Shown here in pieces: positions 8,444-20,079 of a stretch of DNA of 34,323 nucleotides; positions within the stretch are counted from its first letter, which is position 1; each line of letters begins with the position of its first letter. Both the position numbers and the translations under genes were made by a program. This DNA comes from Candidatus Glassbacteria bacterium RIFCSPLOWO2_12_FULL_58_11. Lineage in GTDB: Bacteria > Gemmatimonadota > Glassbacteria > GWA2-58-10. The DNA lies in contig MFIX01000140.1 of the NCBI GenBank assembly GCA_001780825.1, positions 1-34,323 on the forward strand. The letters are read 5' to 3'. The notes below the pieces were generated by a model that worked only from the letters and a program-made list of their open reading frames with translations, did no database searches and had not been told where the DNA came from.

Positions 8444-8510
8444 AACCGGAGCCCGGTCCAGCCTGGACTCAATGAACGGAAAGGATAGATCAGTTAAAGG
8501 AGCCAGTCCG

Positions 8511-9908
8511 ATGGGTAAGACCATGTTTCAAAAAATCTGGGATGCGCATGTCGTCCACGAACAGGAGGGCATCACCATCCTCTATATCGACCGCCATCTG
8601 GTGCACGAGGTAACCTCTCCGCAGGCCTTCGAGGGCTTGCGGCTGACCGGCCGCAAAGTGCGCCGGCCTGAGTCTACCTATGCCGTACCGGACCACAACG
8701 TGCCGACCCGGGATCGCGACAAGGAGATCAGCGATCCCCTGTCCGCCAAACAGGTGAAAACCCTGCGCGACAACTGTCTTCAGTTCGGAATCACTCTCTT
8801 CGACATCGATGACATCCGTCAGGGTATCGTGCATGTGATCGCCCCTGAGCAGGGCCTGACCCTGCCCGGCATGACCATAGTCTGCGGGGATTCGCATACC
8901 GCCACCCACGGGGCATTCGGGGCGCTGGCTTTCGGGATCGGGACCTCTGAGGTGGAACACGTACTGGCCACGCAAACGTTGCAGCAGCGCAAACCCAACT
9001 CCATGTTAATCCGAGTCAACGGCACGCCGCGCGAGACTATCCGGCCGAAAGATGTCATCCTGGCGATAATCGGAAAAATCGGCACAGCCGGCGGCACGGG
9101 CTATGTGATCGAGTATGCCGGGGAGGTCGTGCGCCGGATGTCGATGGAAGGCCGGATGACTCTTTGCAACATGTCTATCGAGGCTGGAGCCCGGGCCGGG
9201 ATGGTGGCGCCGGATGAGACGACATACAAGTACCTCGAGAACCGGCCGTTCGCCCCGCGGGGCGAGCAGTTCGAGCGGGCGGTCGCGGCCTGGCGCACTC
9301 TGCCTTCCGATCCGGATGCCGCGTACGATAAAGTGGTCGACCTGGATATCGCGTATGTCAAGCCGCAAGTCACCTGGGGCACCTCGCCCGGCATGGTGAC
9401 CGATATCGATGGGAGCGTGCCCGATCCGGCTAAGATAACGGACCCCGCGCAGCGCAAGACCACTGAGCTGGCCCTCGAATACATGGGCCTGGAGCCGAAC
9501 ACTCCGATCCGGAACATCGCCCTGGACAAGGTGTTTATCGGTTCCTGCACCAATGCGCGGATCGAGGATTTGCGGGAAGTGGCGCAGTTCGTCAGGGGGC
9601 GGAAAGTGGCCGGCAGCGTGCAAGCCATGATCGTCCCGGGGAGCGGCCTGGTCAAAATGCAGGCCGAGCAGGAGGGTCTGGACAAAATATTTATCGAGGC
9701 GGGTTTCGAATGGCGGGATGCCGGCTGTTCAATGTGCCTCGCGATGAACGATGACCGTCTCCAGCCGGGTGAGCGCTGCGCCTCGACCAGCAACCGAAAT
9801 TTCGAGGGCCGTCAGGGTAAGGGCGGCCGGACCCACCTGGTGAGTCCGATTATGGCCGCCGCGGCCGCGCTGGCCGGGCATTTTACCGATCCACGGACCA
9901 CGAATTAG
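8511..9908 (+). CDS. leuC: 3-isopropylmalate dehydratase large subunit
   Basis: [39 protein letters not shown]; AAGGAG RBS before ATG 8511. Confidence 0.96.
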   Translation: MGKTMFQKIWDAHVVHEQEGITILYIDRHLVHEVTSPQAFEGLRLTGRKVRRPESTYAVPDHNVPTRDRDKEISDPLSAKQVKTLRDNCLQFGITLFDIDDIRQGIVHVIAPEQGLTLPGMTIVCGDSHTATHGAFGALAFGIGTSEVEHVLATQTLQQRKPNSMLIRVNGTPRETIRPKDVILAIIGKIGTAGGTGYVIEYAGEVVRRMSMEGRMTLCNMSIEAGARAGMVAPDETTYKYLENRPFAPRGEQFERAVAAWRTLPSDPDAAYDKVVDLDIAYVKPQVTWGTSPGMVTDIDGSVPDPAKITDPAQRKTTELALEYMGLEPNTPIRNIALDKVFIGSCTNARIEDLREVAQFVRGRKVAGSVQAMIVPGSGLVKMQAEQEGLDKIFIEAGFEWRDAGCSMCLAMNDDRLQPGERCASTSNRNFEGRQGKGGRTHLVSPIMAAAAALAGHFTDPRTTN

Positions 9909-9948
9909 TATTGCCGTTTAACTTAACTGTCAATGCGAGCTTGAATAT

Positions 9949-10575
9949 ATGAAACCATTTGTGAGACTGACCGCGCTGGCGGCCCTGCTCGACCGTCAGA
10001 ATGTCGATACAGACCAGATCATTCCAAAGCAGTACCTCAAGAAAATCGAGCGGACCGGCTTCGGCCGTCACTTGTTCCATGACTGGCGCTATCTGGATGA
10101 GGAAGAAACCCGGCCCAATCCGGATTTTGTTCTCAACCAGCCCCGCTACCGGGGGGCCGGGATCCTGGTCGCCCGGGACAATTTCGGCTGCGGATCGAGC
10201 CGTGAGCACGCTCCCTGGGCCTTGCAGGAATACGGATTCCGCAGTATAATCGCGCCCAGTTTCGCCGACATTTTTTATAACAACTGTCTTAAGAACGGTA
10301 TGCTGCCGGTGGCCCTGAAAACCGGCGAGGTGGAGCGGCTCTTTGCGGAGGTCGGCGCAACTGAGGGCTGCAAACTTACCGTTGACCTCGAGAAGCAGGA
10401 GGTTTCATCTCCGCAGGGCTTGTGTTTCAAGTTCGAGATTTCGCCATTCTCCAAGGATTGCCTGCTCAGGGGACTGGACGATATCGGCTGGACTTTACAG
10501 TTCGCGCAAAAAATCGAGGATTTCGAGAAGGTATATCACCGGGAGAATCCCTGGCTGCTGGTCGGCCGGAGTTAG
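9949..10575 (+). CDS. leuD: 3-isopropylmalate dehydratase small subunit
   Basis: [30 protein letters not shown]. Confidence 0.96.
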   Translation: MKPFVRLTALAALLDRQNVDTDQIIPKQYLKKIERTGFGRHLFHDWRYLDEEETRPNPDFVLNQPRYRGAGILVARDNFGCGSSREHAPWALQEYGFRSIIAPSFADIFYNNCLKNGMLPVALKTGEVERLFAEVGATEGCKLTVDLEKQEVSSPQGLCFKFEISPFSKDCLLRGLDDIGWTLQFAQKIEDFEKVYHRENPWLLVGRS

Positions 10576-10589
10576 CGAGGCGGCAAAAG

Positions 10590-10739
10590 AGGAATCAGAT
10601 TTAAGAAGTCAGTATTCAGAAGTCAGGAGTTAGAATTCAGGAAAAAAGCCTGAGACAGTAGCCGGCCCGGCTAATTCGTGAAATATCGGCTGTCCGTTTG
10701 AAATATCTTTTAACTTCTGACTTCTGGCTCCTATATTCT
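10590..10739. repeat. Inverted arrays of degenerate heptamers (AGAAGTC / GACTTCT)
   Basis: AGGAATC AGATTTA AGAAGTC AGTATTC AGAAGTC AGGAGTT AGAATTC (10590-10638) and AACTTCT GACTTCT GGCTCCT ATATTCT (10712-10739). Confidence 0.75.
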
Positions 10740-10833
10740 CTTTATCTTTGCTATTAAGTGGCAATTACTAATCTCAAGATGTTGCCCGTAATTAACTAAG
10801 TCGCAAAGAATAACAACCAGAGGAGCATTCCAG

Positions 10834-11901
10834 ATGGCGGCGAGCTATAAGATCGCGGTTCTGCCGGGCGATGGCACCGGTCCGGAAGTGGTCGCGGAGG
10901 CCTTGAAAGTCCTGAAGGCGGCCGGGAAAAAATACGATGTAAAATTTAATTTTACCGAGTTCAACTGGGGCGGAGAAAATTACAAGGCCACCGGAATTGT
11001 GTTGCCGGAAGATGGCATCGAAACGCTGAAAAAGTACGACTCGATCCTGCTGGGTGCAATCGGCCACCCGGATGTCAAGCCGGGCATTCTGGAAAAAGGG
11101 CTGCTGCTGGCCCTGCGCTTCGGGCTAGACCACTATATCAACCTGCGCCCGGTAAAGCTCTACCCTGGTGTCGCCACCCCGATCCGGGACAAGGGCCCGG
11201 AGGATATCGACTTCGTGGTGGTGCGCGAGAACACCGAGGGTCTCTATGCCGGCGCGGGCGGAAACTTGAAAAAAGGCACGCCGGATGAGGTGGCGATCCA
11301 GACCTCGATCAATACCCGCAAGGGCGTGGAGCGCTGCGTGCGCTATGCTTTCGATTACTGCCGCAAGCGCGACAAACGCAAGACCCTGACCCTGGTGGCA
11401 AAAACCAACGTGCTGACCTATGCCTCGGACCTCTGGGAGCGCACCTTCCATGAGGTGGGAAAGAAAGACTATCCCGACATCAAGCGTGAGTACGCCCACG
11501 TGGATGCCACCTGCATGTGGATGGTGAAAAACCCCGAGTGGTTCGATGTAATCGTGGTGGAAAACATGTTCGGCGACATTATCACGGACCTGGGCGCCAT
11601 GGTCCAGGGCGGTATGGGAATCGCCGCCGGGGGCAACATCAATCCCCAGGGAGTTTCGATGTATGAGCCGATCGGCGGCAGCGCCCCCAAATACACCGGC
11701 AAGGGCGTGATCAACCCGCTGGCCGCTATCAGCGCGGCCCAGATGATGGTTCTGGACCTCGGGCTGGAAAAGATGGCGCACGATATCGAGCAGGCGGTAA
11801 TGTGGGCCTGCGCGAACAAGATTAAAAACCTCGGCGCGGGTAAGATGGGTTACAGCACCAGCGAGGTCGGCGACCTGATCGCTGGAAAGATTGACGGATA
11901 G
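10834..11901 (+). CDS. leuB: 3-isopropylmalate dehydrogenase
   Basis: LPGDGTGPEV, INLRP, VRENTEGLY, NMFGDIITD, EPIGGSAP; follows leuACD. Confidence 0.9.
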   Translation: MAASYKIAVLPGDGTGPEVVAEALKVLKAAGKKYDVKFNFTEFNWGGENYKATGIVLPEDGIETLKKYDSILLGAIGHPDVKPGILEKGLLLALRFGLDHYINLRPVKLYPGVATPIRDKGPEDIDFVVVRENTEGLYAGAGGNLKKGTPDEVAIQTSINTRKGVERCVRYAFDYCRKRDKRKTLTLVAKTNVLTYASDLWERTFHEVGKKDYPDIKREYAHVDATCMWMVKNPEWFDVIVVENMFGDIITDLGAMVQGGMGIAAGGNINPQGVSMYEPIGGSAPKYTGKGVINPLAAISAAQMMVLDLGLEKMAHDIEQAVMWACANKIKNLGAGKMGYSTSEVGDLIAGKIDG

Positions 11902-11942
11902 ACCTGACTAACTTGCTTTACCCTGACTGAAAGCGGCGCTTG

Positions 11943-12962
11943 ATGATTATTGTCATGCAGGAAAACGCCACCCGCGAGCAGATTGACCACGTGTTCGAGC
12001 GGGTGCGCGAGCTGGGTTACAACGTACATCCGATCTACGGCAAGCAGCGCACGGTGATCGGCGCGATCGGGGATGAGCGCGGCAAGTTCCGCCTGAAATC
12101 CCTCGAATCGGTCCCCGGAGTCGAATCGGTCATCCCAATCCTCAAGCCCTATAAGCTGGTCGGCCGGGAGCTCAAGAAAGAGAAAACCGTGGTCCGGGTG
12201 GGCGAGGATGTCGCTTTCGGCAGCAAGCAGTTCGTGATAATCGCCGGACCCTGTTCGGTGGAGAGCCGCGAACAGATTATCGAGACCGCTGAGCGCGTAA
12301 AAAAGGCTGGGGCCCGCATGCTGCGCGGCGGAGCTTTCAAGCCCCGAACCTCGCCTTACAGTTTCCAGGGTCTGGAGGAGGAAGGGCTTGAGCTGCTGGC
12401 CGAGGCCCGGGAAAAGACCGGACTCAAGATTGTCACCGAGGTGATCACGCCCCAGGACCTGCCCCTCGTCTCCAGTTACGCGGATGTCCTGCAGGTGGGC
12501 GCCCGCAACATGCAAAATTTCGCCCTGCTCAAGCAGATTGGCCAGCTCGACAAGCCGGTGCTGCTCAAGCGCGGGCTGTCGGCGACTATCAACGAGTTCC
12601 TGATGTCCGCCGAATATATCCTGAGCGAGGGCAACCGCAACGTAATCCTCTGCGAGCGCGGGATTCGGACTTTCGAAACCGCGACACGCAACACGCTGGA
12701 CCTCTCCGCGGTCCCGCTGATCCTGAAAATGAGCCATTTGCCGATAATTGTCGATCCGAGCCACGGGACCGGGGTGCCGGACCTGGTGGCGCCGATGTCC
12801 AAGGCGGCGGCGGCCGCGGGCGCGGATGGGGTCATTGTCGAGGTGCACAGCAACCCGGAAACCGCCCTTTCGGATGGCGAGCAGTCGCTGGACCCGGATG
12901 CTTTCGACCGGCTGGTGGGCGCGCTCAAGCCGATACTCAAGGCAGAGGGGCGTACGCTTTGA
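11943..12962 (+). CDS. aroF: DAHP synthase type I-beta with ACT-like domain, paralogue 2
   Basis: Same catalytic motifs as paralogue 1; start ATG 11943 or TTG 11940. Confidence 0.93.
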   Translation: MIIVMQENATREQIDHVFERVRELGYNVHPIYGKQRTVIGAIGDERGKFRLKSLESVPGVESVIPILKPYKLVGRELKKEKTVVRVGEDVAFGSKQFVIIAGPCSVESREQIIETAERVKKAGARMLRGGAFKPRTSPYSFQGLEEEGLELLAEAREKTGLKIVTEVITPQDLPLVSSYADVLQVGARNMQNFALLKQIGQLDKPVLLKRGLSATINEFLMSAEYILSEGNRNVILCERGIRTFETATRNTLDLSAVPLILKMSHLPIIVDPSHGTGVPDLVAPMSKAAAAAGADGVIVEVHSNPETALSDGEQSLDPDAFDRLVGALKPILKAEGRTL

Positions 12963-12985
12963 AACGCGGACAATATTGAATGCAG

Positions 12986-13016
12986 AAAGGCTGTCCCGGA
13001 ATGGACGGCCTTTTTT
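12986..13016 (+). terminator. Rho-independent terminator closing the aro/leu operon
   Basis: AAAGGCTGTCC-cggaat-GGACGGCCTTTTTT. Confidence 0.88.
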
Positions 13017-13145
13017 ATCTGAGCGCAATTTTTCGGTTCTGCAGGCAGTCCTTCCAGGGAGGCGTCACTCCATTTCCCACTTAGACCTTTCACCGGCGCC
13101 CTCCATTCAGCCCCGCGCGCGGTCAGAGGCCGCGCCCCTCAAACA

Positions 13146-13174
13146 TTGACACCCGCCGCAGGCACTGATAAATT
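13146..13174 (+). promoter_or_regulatory. Sigma70 promoter of proS
   Basis: TTGACA-17 nt-TAAATT with extended TGn. Confidence 0.7.
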
Positions 13175-13210
13175 TAAACGATTTACCAAATCCTGAAAAT
13201 TCAACGGTAA

Positions 13211-14659
<1,449 letters not shown>

Positions 14660-14688
14660 TAGATATCAATAAGCGGGAGAAGCGAGAG

Positions 14689-15216
14689 ATGCTGGTAGGA
14701 ATAGTTTCGGACAGCCATGATAATGTGCCCATGCTGAAAAGGGCGGTGGAGCATTTCAATGCCGCCGGCTGCGGGCTGGTATTGCATGCCGGCGATTTTG
14801 TCGCCCCCTTCTCGATTGCCGTGCTGGAAGTGCTGGCCTGCCCGTTCAAAGCCGTCTATGGCAACAATGATGGAGAGAAAGTGGGGCTTAAGATGAAGGC
14901 CGCGGCTGTGGGCGGGTCGGTCGAGGAGCCGCCGCTGGCTCTCGAGGCCGGAGGCAGGAAATTTGTGATACTTCACGACTGCGATAACTGGGCCGCGGAG
15001 GCAGAAAAATTCGGCGCGGATGTGGTCGTTTTCGGACATACCCATGCCCTGCTGATCGAGCGGCCACACGGGGCCCGCTTGCCGGTGGGGATTAACCCCG
15101 GGGAATGCGGCGGCTGGCTCAGCGGCTCCTGCACCGCGGCGATCTTCGACACCGAGACCCTGGATGTGCGTGTGATCGATCTCACTCTCGATCCCGGTAA
15201 AGAGGTTAAGGCTTAA
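14689..15216 (+). CDS. YfcE/MJ0936-family metallophosphoesterase
   Basis: SDSHDN, HAGD, GNND, GHTH, NPG; alternative start TTG 14656. Confidence 0.9.
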   Translation: MLVGIVSDSHDNVPMLKRAVEHFNAAGCGLVLHAGDFVAPFSIAVLEVLACPFKAVYGNNDGEKVGLKMKAAAVGGSVEEPPLALEAGGRKFVILHDCDNWAAEAEKFGADVVVFGHTHALLIERPHGARLPVGINPGECGGWLSGSCTAAIFDTETLDVRVIDLTLDPGKEVKA

Positions 15217-15290
15217 GTCAGCGGAGTGGGAAGGTTCCCTTGAATCACTTTCCGGAAAACATCTAATCCCCTGCCAGAGTAAAATCAACC

Positions 15291-18200
15291 ATGCCTAAAC
15301 GCACCGACATAAAGAAAATAATGATCATCGGCTCTGGCCCGATTGTAATCGGCCAGGCCTGCGAATTTGACTATTCAGGCACCCAGGCCTGCAAGGCGTT
15401 GCGCGAAGAGGGTTATGAGGTAGTGCTGGTGAACAGCAATCCGGCCACGATCATGACTGACCCCGAGATGGCGGAAAGGGTTTATCTCGAGCCCCTGACG
15501 CCGGAGCTGGTAGCCAAGATAATCGAGAAAGAGCGGCCCCAGGCCCTGCTTTCGACCATGGGCGGCCAGACCGCCCTAAACCTTTCCGTGGCGCTGGCCG
15601 ATTCCGGCGTACTGGAGAAGTTCGGGGTCGAGCTGATCGGCGCCAAGCTCGAGGCGATCCGCAAGGCTGAGGACCGGGAAAAATTCGGCCGGTCCATGCA
15701 GAAGATCGGCCTCGACCTGGTCCGCGGCGACTATGCCCGTGACGTGGAGCAGGCCCGGGAGGTTGTCGGGCGGATTGGCCTGCCCGTGATCATCCGGCCT
15801 TCGTTCACGCTCGGCGGCACGGGCGGCGGAATTGCCGACACTCCGGAAAATTTTCTCGAGGCCGCCAAGCGGGGTCTGGCTCTCTCGCCGATCAGCGAGA
15901 TCCTGATCGAGGAATCGGTAGTCGGCTGGAAAGAGTACGAGCTGGAGGTGATGCGCGACCTGAAGGACAACGTGGTTATTATCTGCTCGATCGAGAATTT
16001 CGACCCGATGGGCATTCACACCGGCGACAGCATTACTGTCGCTCCGGCCCAGACACTGACCGACAAAGAGTACCAGCGTATGCGGGATGCAGCGCTGGCG
16101 GTAATCCGCGAGATCGGCGTGGAGACTGGCGGCTCGAACATCCAGTTCGCAGTGCACCCGGAAACCGGGCGGATGGTGATTATCGAGATGAACCCGCGGG
16201 TTTCCCGCTCCAGCGCCCTGGCCAGCAAAGCCACCGGTTTCCCGATAGCCAAGATCGCCGCCAAGCTAAGTGTTGGGCTTACCCTGGATGAAATCCCCAA
16301 CGATATCACGCGTAAGACTCCGGCCTCTTTCGAGCCGACCATCGATTATGTGGTGGTTAAAATCCCGCGCTTCACATTCGACAAGTTCCCCGGCACGGAT
16401 GATACGCTCACCGTACAGATGAAAAGCGTGGGCGAGGTGATGGCGATCGGCCGGACTTTCAAGGAGGCCTTGCAGAAAGCCCTCCGCGGCCTGGAAACCA
16501 ACCGCTATGGGCTGGGCGCCGATGGGCGGGAGATCGCCGCCCCGGAGAACCTGCTGGCACAATTGAAGCGGCCCAATGCGGACCGGGTATTTTATATCCG
16601 CCAGGCGCTGCTCGACGGGATGGAACCCGAGCGGATCAGCGAATTGAGCAAGATCGACGCCTGGTTTATCTATCAGATGAAAGAGATTGTCGAGATGGAG
16701 GAGCGGCTGGCCAAGATCCGCACCTCGGTTGGCCTTACAGCGGAGGTTCTGCGCGCCGCCAAGCGGATGGGGTTCTCCGATTACCAGATCGGCACGCTCT
16801 GCGGGATGGAGCAACTCGATGTGCGAAGGCTGCGCAAGAGCCGGGGCGTCCAGGCGGTGTTCAAGCGTGTCGATACCTGCGGCGGCGAGTTCGAGGCCCA
16901 CACACCTTACCTGTACAGCACTTATGAAACCGAGGACGAGTCCTGGCCCACGCGCCGCCGCAAGGTGATGATCCTCGGAAGCGGGCCGAACCGGATCGGC
17001 CAGGGAATCGAGTTCGATTACTGCTGCGTCCAGGCCGCTTTCGCCTTGCGCGAGGAGGGCTTTGAGTCGATCATGGTCAACTCGAACCCGGAAACTGTCA
17101 GTACGGATTACGATATTTCGGACCGCCTCTATTTTGAGCCGCTCACCCTGGAGGATGTGCTTAATATTGTCGAACTCGAAAAGCCGGAAGGGGTGATCGT
17201 GCAGTTCGGCGGCCAGACTCCGCTCAAGCTGGCTGTCCCGCTTGCCGAGCAGGGCGTGCCGATAATCGGCACCTCTCCGGCAAGTATTGACCTGGCCGAG
17301 GATCGCGAAAGATTCGGCAAGCTCATGCTCGAGCTGGGGATCGCCCACCCGGAATACGGAATCGCCTATAACCTCAAACAGGCTCAGGAGATCGCCGCCC
17401 GGATCGGCTACCCGGTCCTGGTCCGGCCCTCCTATGTACTCGGCGGCCAGTCGATGGTGATAGTCTACGATGACCAGTCACTGATCCGCTACATGAAATC
17501 GGCAATCGACGCCTCGCTGGGCAAGTCGATCCTGATCGATGATTATCTGGAAGCCGCGGTCGAGGTGGATGTGGATGCAATCTCGGATGGCAAGCTGACC
17601 GTGATCGGCGGAATCATGCAGCATATCGAGGAGGCGGGCATCCATTCCGGCGATTCAGCTTGTGTCATGCCGCCGCACACCCTGGATGCGGAGATTCTGG
17701 AGCAGATGCGCCAGGTCACCCGGGAACTGGCCCGGGCTTTGGAGGTGAAAGGCCTAATCAATATTCAGTTTGCGGTAAAAGACCATAAGCTTTACGTTTT
17801 GGAAGTCAATCCGCGGGCCAGCCGGACCGTGCCCTACGTGAGCAAGACCATCGGCATCTCTCTGGCCAAGCTGGCCGCCAAGGTGATGATCGGGCGCACT
17901 CTCGAGGAATTGGGCTTTACCAAGGAGCGTAAGATCAAGCATATTTCAGTCAAGGAAAGCGTTTTGCCGTTTATAAAATTCCCCAATGTCGATATCCTCC
18001 TCGGTCCGGAAATGAAATCCACCGGCGAAGTGATCGGGCTGGGGCACGATTACGGGATCAGCTATGCGAAGGCCCAGATAAGCGCCGGAAACGCGTTGCC
18101 GATGGAGGGCTCAGTGGCGGTCAGCCTGGCCGACAAGGACAAAACTGCGCTCCTGCCCGGAATACGCAAACTGGTGAAACTGGGTTTCCGGATTTACGCT

Positions 18201-18500
18201 ACCCAGGGAACCCATGAATCTTTGAAGAAAAACGGTGTCAAGAGCGAGCGGGTGTTCAAGGTAGGAGAGGGGACACCGAATATTGTCGATCTGATCAACG
18301 ATAATAAAATCAGCCTGTTGATCAATACGCCGATGGGCGAAAAAAGCCAGTACGATGCCGCGGCCATGCGCCGCGGAGCGCTGACCCGCGGCATTCCATA
18401 TGTGACCACCACCTCAGGGGCGATTGCCGCAATCGATGGGATCGAGGCCCTTAAGAAAGGCCGGCTCGAAGTAACCTCACTGCAGGAATATTACGCATGA
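15291..18500 (+). CDS. carB: Carbamoyl-phosphate synthase large subunit
   Basis: [18 protein letters not shown], two ATP-grasp repeats, C-terminal MGS domain. Confidence 0.98.
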   Translation: MPKRTDIKKIMIIGSGPIVIGQACEFDYSGTQACKALREEGYEVVLVNSNPATIMTDPEMAERVYLEPLTPELVAKIIEKERPQALLSTMGGQTALNLSVALADSGVLEKFGVELIGAKLEAIRKAEDREKFGRSMQKIGLDLVRGDYARDVEQAREVVGRIGLPVIIRPSFTLGGTGGGIADTPENFLEAAKRGLALSPISEILIEESVVGWKEYELEVMRDLKDNVVIICSIENFDPMGIHTGDSITVAPAQTLTDKEYQRMRDAALAVIREIGVETGGSNIQFAVHPETGRMVIIEMNPRVSRSSALASKATGFPIAKIAAKLSVGLTLDEIPNDITRKTPASFEPTIDYVVVKIPRFTFDKFPGTDDTLTVQMKSVGEVMAIGRTFKEALQKALRGLETNRYGLGADGREIAAPENLLAQLKRPNADRVFYIRQALLDGMEPERISELSKIDAWFIYQMKEIVEMEERLAKIRTSVGLTAEVLRAAKRMGFSDYQIGTLCGMEQLDVRRLRKSRGVQAVFKRVDTCGGEFEAHTPYLYSTYETEDESWPTRRRKVMILGSGPNRIGQGIEFDYCCVQAAFALREEGFESIMVNSNPETVSTDYDISDRLYFEPLTLEDVLNIVELEKPEGVIVQFGGQTPLKLAVPLAEQGVPIIGTSPASIDLAEDRERFGKLMLELGIAHPEYGIAYNLKQAQEIAARIGYPVLVRPSYVLGGQSMVIVYDDQSLIRYMKSAIDASLGKSILIDDYLEAAVEVDVDAISDGKLTVIGGIMQHIEEAGIHSGDSACVMPPHTLDAEILEQMRQVTRELARALEVKGLINIQFAVKDHKLYVLEVNPRASRTVPYVSKTIGISLAKLAAKVMIGRTLEELGFTKERKIKHISVKESVLPFIKFPNVDILLGPEMKSTGEVIGLGHDYGISYAKAQISAGNALPMEGSVAVSLADKDKTALLPGIRKLVKLGFRIYATQGTHESLKKNGVKSERVFKVGEGTPNIVDLINDNKISLLINTPMGEKSQYDAAAMRRGALTRGIPYVTTTSGAIAAIDGIEALKKGRLEVTSLQEYYA

Positions 18501-18859
18501 AAAAAATTATCGTAGTGGATGATGTCGCCGCGAACCGCGATATTTTTTTGCACTTGCTGGAAGATCAATACCAGGTCCTGGAAGCGGCGGATGGCCGGGA
18601 GGGTATCGAGCTGGCGGAGCGGGAAGCGCCGGATTTGATGTTCCTCGATGTCTCGATGCCGGGCATGGGCGGCCTGGAAGTAATCGAAGCGCTGCGCAAG
18701 CATAACGAGCTTTACCGCCTGCCGGTGATCGCGATAACCGCGCATTCGGTTTTCAGCGCCAAGAAAGCGGTGGAGAAAGGCTGCAATGATTTTCTGCTTA
18801 AACCGTTGACTCCACAGAAAATTCTGGATAAAATCGAAAAATGGATCCAGCCTACATAG
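18497..18859 (+). CDS. Single-domain response regulator (CheY/DivK-like)
   Basis: [23 protein letters not shown]; ATGA overlap with carB. Confidence 0.92.
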   Translation: MKKIIVVDDVAANRDIFLHLLEDQYQVLEAADGREGIELAEREAPDLMFLDVSMPGMGGLEVIEALRKHNELYRLPVIAITAHSVFSAKKAVEKGCNDFLLKPLTPQKILDKIEKWIQPT

Positions 18860-19431
18860 ACCGCCCCGGGCCGGGCAAGAAACGGACATCGAGCCGCGCT
18901 GGAGGCGCCGGATTTTTGCTGCCGCTGCTGTTCCTGGCGCTGGCGGCCTGTTCGCGCTCGGTCAATCAGCCCCGGGAGGTCGCCGAATGCTTTCTGGAGG
19001 CGATCCAGGAAGGTTCGCTGGAAAAAATGGATACCCTGATGAACTGGAATGAAGTGGCGGCCAATGCCTACTATTTTACGCGGGATTTCATGAAACTCCA
19101 GTCAAAGGAACAGCAGCTCGAAGCGCTCAAAGGCTTCAAACAAAGACTACGCGAGGAGGTCCTTCCGCTGGCGCGCAGAGCTAAATATGAGTTGGCGGAT
19201 GTATATATTTCAAGATGGAAAAGTGACGCTGTCTACCGGGTAACCTTCCCGGAGACGGTTACGAAGCTGAAGAAACCCAGGATCGAGCCGCAATTTACAG
19301 TCATAATGAATCTAGATTTGGGCATTAAACGCTGGTATATTACTGACTTGGGCGATTTTATCAGCCAGAACATGCTCCAGGGGAATTATAATCCTGATAC
19401 TCTTTACCTGTCCAATCCGATTCGGCCTTAG
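18841..19431 (+). CDS. Predicted lipoprotein, unknown function
   Basis: Basic N-region, hydrophobic LLPLLFLA, lipobox LAAC; start uncertain. Confidence 0.7.
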   Translation: MDPAYIDRPGPGKKRTSSRAGGAGFLLPLLFLALAACSRSVNQPREVAECFLEAIQEGSLEKMDTLMNWNEVAANAYYFTRDFMKLQSKEQQLEALKGFKQRLREEVLPLARRAKYELADVYISRWKSDAVYRVTFPETVTKLKKPRIEPQFTVIMNLDLGIKRWYITDLGDFISQNMLQGNYNPDTLYLSNPIRP

Positions 19432-19470
19432 CATGGGTAGGTTAACCTTCAAGGGATGCGGAGTAGCCTG

Positions 19471-19665
19471 ATGAGCGAACTTCAGTTTCCGAAATGCATG
19501 AAATGCAGCACCGGCGTACTGGTGCCGCTCAGCGATTACGGCCGTGACGGGGCCTCGATAATGTATAAGGCCTGGGTCTGTACCAACCCGGACTGCGGAT
19601 TTCACCTGCGGATCGATAACGGTGAAGTCAGTATCGGCAAAGACATCGGCCAGTCTTTCAAGTAG
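19471..19665 (+). CDS. Small zinc-ribbon-like hypothetical protein (64 aa)
   Basis: CMKC and CTNPDC; GGAG RBS at 19460-19463. Confidence 0.75.
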   Translation: MSELQFPKCMKCSTGVLVPLSDYGRDGASIMYKAWVCTNPDCGFHLRIDNGEVSIGKDIGQSFK

Positions 19666-19973
19666 GGCGGTCCCTGCGCCGCCCTCAGCGCTCAACTGCG
19701 ATGCACTAGCGGTTGTCGCGCTGTTGAATATTTCACCAGGCGGCGCCTGATCGAGGGGTACTGACCCGGACAATTCGAGAAATTGTTATTGAGCCTGCCT
19801 GATCTGTTGAAGGCTTTTCATATTGCTTCCGGTATGTCGTTGTGCCTCCCGCGGCCTCCCGTCGCGCCAGGCCGGGTCCAACTTCCGCGCTAGAGGCGGA
19901 CCACGCGGGATTTATAATTAACTTTCCCGGCCCGGATATCCAAAGATTGGTCCGGGATAACATTTATTCTCTC

Positions 19974-20000
19974 GGCACACTCGCATAGCATTAGTGCTAA
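19974..20000. promoter_or_regulatory. Degenerate CIRCE-like operator
   Basis: GGCACACTC-N9-TAGTGCTAA versus consensus TTAGCACTC-N9-GAGTGCTAA (5/9 and 8/9). Confidence 0.25.
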
Positions 20001-20079
20001 ATATATTTCGTAATTGTTTACATATTCTATTTTAACATAATTATTCTAAAGTCAATTATTAAGCAGTACGGAGCCAGCC

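Noticed and set aside
7523-8524. Long antisense ORFs (also 11850-13028, 13484-14506, 16266-17348, 31731-32651)
   Set aside because: Expected shadows of GC-rich coding genes; no recognisable domains
19666-19965. GC-rich intergenic stretch with several hairpins (possible 6S, SRP or other ncRNA)
   Set aside because: No diagnostic motifs and no clear promoter-terminator pair
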